Assembly (NCBI GenBank): GCA_947627925.1
Contig: CANQXW010000001.1
Location: forward strand, 13,314-77,313
Direction of reading: 5' to 3'
Length of the DNA stretch: 64,000 bases
From: an uncultured Bacilli bacterium
Lineage (GTDB): Bacteria; Bacillota_I; Bacilli_A; RF39; UBA660
In this document: positions 58,613-64,000 of the stretch, piece by piece
Position numbering within the stretch: the first letter of the stretch is position 1
Layout: the number at the start of each line of letters is the position of its first letter
Position numbers and translations under genes: made by a program
Notes under the pieces: model-generated
Told to the model about the DNA's origin: nothing
What the model saw: the letters and a program-made list of their open reading frames with translations, nothing else
The model's database searches: none

Positions 58613-59044
58613 ATGAGCGAAAAAAGTAAAAATATTTTAATTATAGTTTTAATATCAATCATTATAATTTTAGTAATTGGAATGGTTATCCTTGTTTTTC
58701 AAAATATTAGAACAGAAGATAAATTAGATTATCTAGAAGACCATTATGAATATTTAAATGAAAACAACAATCAAAACAATGTTGATGATAACATCATTAA
58801 TAGTGATAAATCTTCCAATAATGATAATCAAAACATTTCTCAAAATGAAGCTTTAGAGATTGTTTTAAAAGATTTAAAAATAGCCCAAAATGATATTCGA
58901 GATTTGGATATTGAACTTGATTATGAACCTAAATATCAAAAAAATGTCTATGAAGTAAGTTTTGAATACAAATACTATGAATATGAATATTATTTGGAAC
59001 CTGCAACAGGAAAGATATTAGATTCTTTTAAAAGTTTGAATTAG
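58613..59044 (+). CDS. PepSY domain membrane protein
   Basis: N-terminal TM, then C-terminal ISQNEALEIVLKDL…. Confidence 0.55.
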   Translation: MSEKSKNILIIVLISIIIILVIGMVILVFQNIRTEDKLDYLEDHYEYLNENNNQNNVDDNIINSDKSSNNDNQNISQNEALEIVLKDLKIAQNDIRDLDIELDYEPKYQKNVYEVSFEYKYYEYEYYLEPATGKILDSFKSLN

Positions 59045-59075
59045 TTAAAAGGCTACTTCTTCTAGAGTGGCTTTT

Positions 59076-59300
59076 TTATTTTTGGCTTTTTTCTCTTTTT
59101 CTTTTTAATATCAAGGCACTAGCAAATAAAATTAAACTTGGTAAAATAAATTCTAAACTTCTAGTTAATATATAGGCATAAAAGGGAGCTGAATTAGAAG
59201 AAGTATCATAATTAACACAATCGATAATTAACCAAATTATAAATATAATTATCAGTACTAAAGAAATTCCTAAAAACAATTTAGAAAGTTTTTCCTTCAA
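59076..59300 (-). CDS. small membrane protein
   Basis: 74 aa, 2 TM. Confidence 0.4.
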   Translation of the reverse strand: MKEKLSKLFLGISLVLIIIFIIWLIIDCVNYDTSSNSAPFYAYILTRSLEFILPSLILFASALILKRKREKSQK

Positions 59301-59360
59301 ATTAATTCCCTACTCTCTAGTCTAATTATACTATGCCTTTTTCAAAAAGCATATTAATTG

Positions 59361-60245
59361 TTATTGATGAAAATATAAGTTGACATCTTCTTGAATTTCC
59401 CATTTTAATTTTTCAATTGTTCCATCTTGCCGAATCTTCGCCATATCTTTTTGCACTTTTCCGGGAAATATTTTGGCCATATCTTTAACATAATAACTAC
59501 CATCCCGAGGAATTTTATAATTTACTACATCGAAAGTATCCTTATTTTTTCTTAACTCAAATTTATAAGGAATTGAAGAACCTGAATCATTTATAATATT
59601 TTCATTTTCTAAATAATATTTTTCTTGTAAAATCCAGGCATAAACAAAAAATTTTGTTTCTGATTTTTTAGTTATTAAATAAGTTTTTAAAGCCACAAAA
59701 GACTTTTCATTATCATGATAATTATTCTCTTCATCATTTTTAATTAAATACTCTTTAATTACATTTTCCATTTTAATACTATCTAAATTTATAGGGGGCA
59801 TATAATCAAACCCCCAGGTACTAAAAAATACCGGTTCATTATGGTACATTCTATTTATATCAATACCAAACAAGATAGATAGAGTTCCTAAAGACAAAAT
59901 AACAAAGCCAATAAAAATAATTAAAATAATTTTTAAATGATTAATCCTTTTATGCGAATAATCAATAGTGTTAACAATATTTTCTTCAAATCTTTCTTGA
60001 TATTCTTCTTTCGTTAATTTTTCCCCACTTAAAAGCTCATTAATAGTTATTCCTAAAATGTCTGTTAATTTTTTTATTAAAGATAAATCGGGCATGGTTT
60101 TACCATTTTCCCAACGACTAATAGATTTGTTAGTGACTACTAGACTTTCCGCTAACTCTTCCTGAGTCATCTTTTTTTCTTTTCTTAAAGTAGCAATAAA
60201 TTTTCCAATTTTCTCTTGGTCCATAGTTTTCCCTCCATCAAACAA
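59361..60245 (-). CDS. membrane-bound XRE-family transcriptional regulator (HTH + TM + sensor domain)
   Basis: MTQEELAESLVVTNKSISRWENGK, then a TM at ~aa 105. Confidence 0.7.
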   Translation of the reverse strand: MFDGGKTMDQEKIGKFIATLRKEKKMTQEELAESLVVTNKSISRWENGKTMPDLSLIKKLTDILGITINELLSGEKLTKEEYQERFEENIVNTIDYSHKRINHLKIILIIFIGFVILSLGTLSILFGIDINRMYHNEPVFFSTWGFDYMPPINLDSIKMENVIKEYLIKNDEENNYHDNEKSFVALKTYLITKKSETKFFVYAWILQEKYYLENENIINDSGSSIPYKFELRKNKDTFDVVNYKIPRDGSYYVKDMAKIFPGKVQKDMAKIRQDGTIEKLKWEIQEDVNLYFHQ

Positions 60246-60324
60246 TATAAACGATTATGCTTATTAAGTACAGGACAGAAAGTGAGAATTAAAAAAAATT
60301 AAAAGTTATTTTTCTTTATTTATT

Positions 60325-61662
60325 TTAATTTTCTTTTTCATATTGAACTTTTAAGTCTTCACTAACTATTACTTTATATTTTCTTTGATTTAATAATTCT
60401 TGATTTTGACTATCAAAAGCCTCAACTTCAATAGTGGTTGTCCCAGTTTTTTTAGGAATAAAATGTAAAGAAATAATATAATTACCAGTTTCCATAATGG
60501 CATTATCATAATCTAATTTAGCCTCTAGAATGGTATCATTTGAATTATTAATTTCGATTCTAGGACTAGAAGTTGTATTATCTATGGTTGGTAGTGCTGT
60601 ACTAAAAGTAATATGACTATACTTAAATTCTTTAGAATATTCAACCTTATAAAAATCTAAATTGTTTTGAATTGTTTTGATATCTACTTCATATTTTGAA
60701 GTATTATGGTTAAGTAAATCTTTCACTAAATATTTATCCCTATTATTGATAATAGCATAAACTTTATCGCTCTTTTGACATGGAAAATAATAAGTATAAA
60801 ATTCATTTTCATAAAACTTGTCTAGTCCTTCTAAACAAGATGTTGACTCATCAACTATTTTCATTTGATATTGAAATACACTAAGATTTTCTTTATAAAG
60901 ATAATTATGGAATAAAATTACTCCCAAGATAGCAATAAATATTAGACCAAATAGACATATTAGCTTAATTAATTTTTTCTTATCTATTTTATTTTTTTCG
61001 AGTAAGAAAATGTTTTTAACCAAATCATCAATAGTTTTAATTTTTAATATTTTAAACATTATTAGAGAGCCACTGACATTTAAGATAATATCATCAATAT
61101 CAAATCTTCCCACTCCCCCAAATAATTGTAATAATTCAATTCCTAAAGTAATTAATAATATAGTTAAGAAAAATGTTTTAAATTTATTTTCTTTTTTAAA
61201 TAAAAGTGGTAAAAAGAAAGCCATTGGCATTAAAGCCGCAAAGTTACCTAATATATTATAGAAAATTGTACTACTAGTTGTTAAATTATTAAAATTTTCG
61301 ATTAAAAATTCATAAATAGTTCGAAAAGGAATTAGATTAATAGATTCTTTTAAATATTCTAAATTAAATGATCCAAAAAATCCTTGCCTTCCCCATGATG
61401 AGTCAAATAAAGTTAAATTTATAAATAATAAAAGATATAATACGAAAAATATCCATAAATTTGTTTTAAGTGGTTTATCATTTTTATAATATTTAAATAG
61501 TAATACTCCTCCAAAATAAATAAGTAAACATGATATAACAATAAACACCATAGTTGTTTTAAAATCAATAATAATATTTGGCCTAATAGCATTAATAATA
61601 TAAAATAACGTTAAAAATAATGCTAAGCCATATAATAAATAGCCAAAAATTTTCTTTTTCAT
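60325..61662 (-). CDS. VanZ-like membrane protein with extracellular C-terminal domain
   Basis: …LIPFRTIYEF… within a multi-TM N-domain. Confidence 0.5.
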   Translation of the reverse strand: MKKKIFGYLLYGLALFLTLFYIINAIRPNIIIDFKTTMVFIVISCLLIYFGGVLLFKYYKNDKPLKTNLWIFFVLYLLLFINLTLFDSSWGRQGFFGSFNLEYLKESINLIPFRTIYEFLIENFNNLTTSSTIFYNILGNFAALMPMAFFLPLLFKKENKFKTFFLTILLITLGIELLQLFGGVGRFDIDDIILNVSGSLIMFKILKIKTIDDLVKNIFLLEKNKIDKKKLIKLICLFGLIFIAILGVILFHNYLYKENLSVFQYQMKIVDESTSCLEGLDKFYENEFYTYYFPCQKSDKVYAIINNRDKYLVKDLLNHNTSKYEVDIKTIQNNLDFYKVEYSKEFKYSHITFSTALPTIDNTTSSPRIEINNSNDTILEAKLDYDNAIMETGNYIISLHFIPKKTGTTTIEVEAFDSQNQELLNQRKYKVIVSEDLKVQYEKEN

Positions 61663-61693
61663 TTTCCCTCCTTACATTATTTATTCATTATTC

Positions 61694-62299
61694 TTATGAA
61701 TAATCTTCTATACAAATATAATCCTTTAAAGAACATTTAACATTAATGTTTTTTGTATCAGCATTCTTTGATGTTATATTTGCATTAAAATAAATATAAT
61801 TATTTTCAATATTTTTTATATTATAAATATCTTGAATAGTGGCATCTTCACTAATTTTTGATAAATCAAAATTTAAAAATTTTTCTTCTACTTTTTCTTC
61901 GTTCAAAATATATTGTTCTATAAATGGCCAGGTAGCTCGATGAACAAAAAGTTTATATTCGTTAGTTTCAACATCCGTATAAAAATAGTTGCTTTTGAAA
62001 TCTAATTCAGGTTCACCAGTACCAATTTCACTAATATATATATAATCATTATAAGAAACCCTATAAAATAAAGCATCACTCTCATCCTCACCATTCTCAA
62101 GATGAGCAATAGCATAAGTTTGAGGATTATTGCTTTCCTCAAAAGTATATTTTATGTTTTTAAGAGTATTTATATTTATATGCTCGTAATTGTTATATTT
62201 ATCATAATTATCATTACTCCCAAGCAAGAACAAATATAAAGTAAATAAGATAATACAAGTCACAAAAATAATTATTATAATAATATTTCTTTTTTCCAT
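61694..62299 (-). CDS. secreted hypothetical protein
   Basis: 201-aa ORF with an N-terminal signal anchor. Confidence 0.4.
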   Translation of the reverse strand: MEKRNIIIIIIFVTCIILFTLYLFLLGSNDNYDKYNNYEHININTLKNIKYTFEESNNPQTYAIAHLENGEDESDALFYRVSYNDYIYISEIGTGEPELDFKSNYFYTDVETNEYKLFVHRATWPFIEQYILNEEKVEEKFLNFDLSKISEDATIQDIYNIKNIENNYIYFNANITSKNADTKNINVKCSLKDYICIEDYS

Positions 62300-62315
62300 A
62301 CTTACCTCTAAATGT

Positions 62316-62516
62316 TTATTTTTTGTTTTTATCTAATAAAGCTGCAATTCCAAATAATGTTCCTGAAAAACCGAATACTAAAATTGGAAGATAAACCCTC
62401 ATAGAACCAGTTGACCATTTCCATAAACGATATTCAAGAAAACCATATAATCCTATAAAAAGAATAAGAATTGAAATTCCTTTTAAAATTATTGAAATTG
62501 TTTTTTCTTTTTTCAT
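62316..62516 (-). CDS. small membrane protein
   Basis: 66-aa ORF, 2 TM. Confidence 0.4.
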   Translation of the reverse strand: MKKEKTISIILKGISILILFIGLYGFLEYRLWKWSTGSMRVYLPILVFGFSGTLFGIAALLDKNKK

Positions 62517-62637
62517 ATTTCCTCCCTTACATTTAATTAACTTAATTATACTATACCATTTTAAAATATACCAACTATTATTTTGAAAAGCAAATAAAAA
62601 ACCAAGCCAATTTTAATGCCTAGCTTTTATTATAAAA

Positions 62638-63030
62638 TTATATATATTTTTTTATCTCATCATATAATTCATCTTTATTGATTTTTTCTTGATAATATTT
62701 AAGTTGTTTAATTATCTTTTTAAATAACATATCATCGACAAAACCATAAGGAGCATAATTATTTATTTCTTGCTTATATATGTTTTTTAAATTGATATAA
62801 TTAACCGGGGCTTTTAATTTATTATCTTTATTTCGCTTTAATGAAAAATGTTGATAATTATTTTTATGTAATGTCTTATTACTTGAACTTGATATTGTTA
62901 AATAATAGAAATGCGTATCTGTAACATAAATTATTAATACAGGATGCCCTGTTAGAGAAAAATCAATTCTTTTAGCATCTTTATAAATAATGTTTTTTAA
63001 ATTGATAATATCTTGTTCTTCAGCAAACAT
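62638..63030 (-). CDS. unknown protein translationally coupled to the Panacea-domain gene (candidate PanT-like toxin)
   Basis: Its start ATG overlaps the upstream TAA (TAATG at 63028-63032). 130 aa with no recognised family. Confidence 0.35.
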   Translation of the reverse strand: MFAEEQDIINLKNIIYKDAKRIDFSLTGHPVLIIYVTDTHFYYLTISSSSNKTLHKNNYQHFSLKRNKDNKLKAPVNYINLKNIYKQEINNYAPYGFVDDMLFKKIIKQLKYYQEKINKDELYDEIKKYI

Positions 63031-63683
63031 TAATATACTATTAAATTCCCTTCACTATCTCTAGAAACATAGTATGTTACATTTTCATCATCATAATTGG
63101 CATTACACAATTCACTATATTCATTATCAGTTAGGGTTATATCAGGCGTTAAGAAAAAATATCTCCCATTAATGATTTCTAATTTTTCATTAAATTCTTC
63201 ATCTTTATAATCATTATATAACTCAAACATTATATCTTTATATTCTTTTAATAAAGCTTCATTAGATATTATGGGATTAAGTTGTTTTTTTACTTTTTCT
63301 TCTAAGGTACTCCATGGTGTTTCTTCATGGGTTTGCTTAGATATAGCATCAGCTTTTAAATAACCATATAATCTGTTGATAATTTGAAGAACTTTAACCT
63401 CATCATCTGATAATTCAATTTTTACATCTAAATTTAAGAGATTATCATATTTATATTTACCATAAACATATGGTAATACCGGGCCATTCTTCCAAGCTTC
63501 TACATCTTTTTGAATTATGTCTTTATTTAAGGCTAAAAACATAGCTTTAGCATAATAACATAATTTATTCAATAAAACATTACCATCATAAGAATTAGTT
63601 TGAATTGTATTGTTATTATTACAAAACCATTTAGCAACCATTAATGTTTTATCCATTATAACACCTCCTTCAACATTTTTCAC
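63030..63683 (-). CDS. Panacea (DUF4065) domain protein (PanA antitoxin-like / SocA-like)
   Basis: …LNKLCYYAKAMFLALNKDIIQKDVEAWKNGPVLPYVYGKYK matches the Panacea consensus kLqKLlYfaqg…f.AWkhGPVvp.vY. Confidence 0.7.
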   Translation of the reverse strand: MKNVEGGVIMDKTLMVAKWFCNNNNTIQTNSYDGNVLLNKLCYYAKAMFLALNKDIIQKDVEAWKNGPVLPYVYGKYKYDNLLNLDVKIELSDDEVKVLQIINRLYGYLKADAISKQTHEETPWSTLEEKVKKQLNPIISNEALLKEYKDIMFELYNDYKDEEFNEKLEIINGRYFFLTPDITLTDNEYSELCNANYDDENVTYYVSRDSEGNLIVY

Positions 63684-63756
63684 ATATATTATATGTAAAA
63701 GTATTATTAAATGTAAAGAAAAAAGCCTTTTGTTAAAGCTTTTTTGTTATCTTAAA

Positions 63757-63832
<76 letters not shown>

Positions 63833-63840
63833 ATAAAAGA

Positions 63841-63929
63841 TGGTGCCCAAGGCCGGACTTGAACCGGCACGGGTGATTAAGCCCGCAGGATTTTAAGTCC
63901 TGTGCGTCTACCTATTCCGCCACTTGGGC
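63841..63929 (-). tRNA. tRNA-Leu (TAA)
   Basis: The rc is GCCCAAGTGGCGGAATAGGTAGACGCACAGGACTTAAAATCCTGCGGGCTTAATCACCCGTGCCGGTTCAAGTCCGGCCTTGGGCACCA. It has a long variable arm. Confidence 0.85.
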
Positions 63930-64000
63930 AGGCACGGTCTTAAAATTTCTTAAGACAATATTGATTATATCGTGTTTTTATAATAATTTCAATACTTTTT

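Overview
This is a very AT-rich (~27% GC) chromosomal window from an endospore-forming Firmicute. Sporulation and germination genes present are yqfC (partial), spoIIIAH, a gerA-type A-C-B operon, spoVIF, cotF, spoVS and capA. Housekeeping genes include rpsU, yqeY, fmt, ileS with a T-box leader, deoD, a phosphohexomutase, rlmD, uppS, two tRNAs and a cell-wall polysaccharide cluster. Several accessory modules are interleaved with these: (1) an unannotated two-peptide, double-glycine-leader bacteriocin pair with its C39-peptidase ABC exporter; (2) a 4-kb region with two decayed YhcG/DUF1016 PD-(D/E)XK nuclease genes flanking a DUF4143 ATPase, containing eight copies of a 27-bp hyphenated palindrome whose arms vary but stay complementary; (3) an AbiEi/AbiEii cassette inserted into the 3' end of rlmD, with 24-bp direct repeats and a displaced original gene end; (4) three copies of a promoter-sRNA-terminator module, one of them convergent with a 26-aa hydrophobic peptide ORF; (5) a Panacea-domain (PanA-like) gene translationally coupled to an unknown 130-aa partner next to tRNA-Phe/tRNA-Leu; (6) an ICE remnant carrying a VirD4-like coupling protein and a tri-domain cell-wall hydrolase; (7) a ~50% GC patch forming the 3' end and terminator of a secreted-protein gene; (8) a 1.3-kaa cysteine-rich secreted protein with CP(D/N)DPDC repeats.
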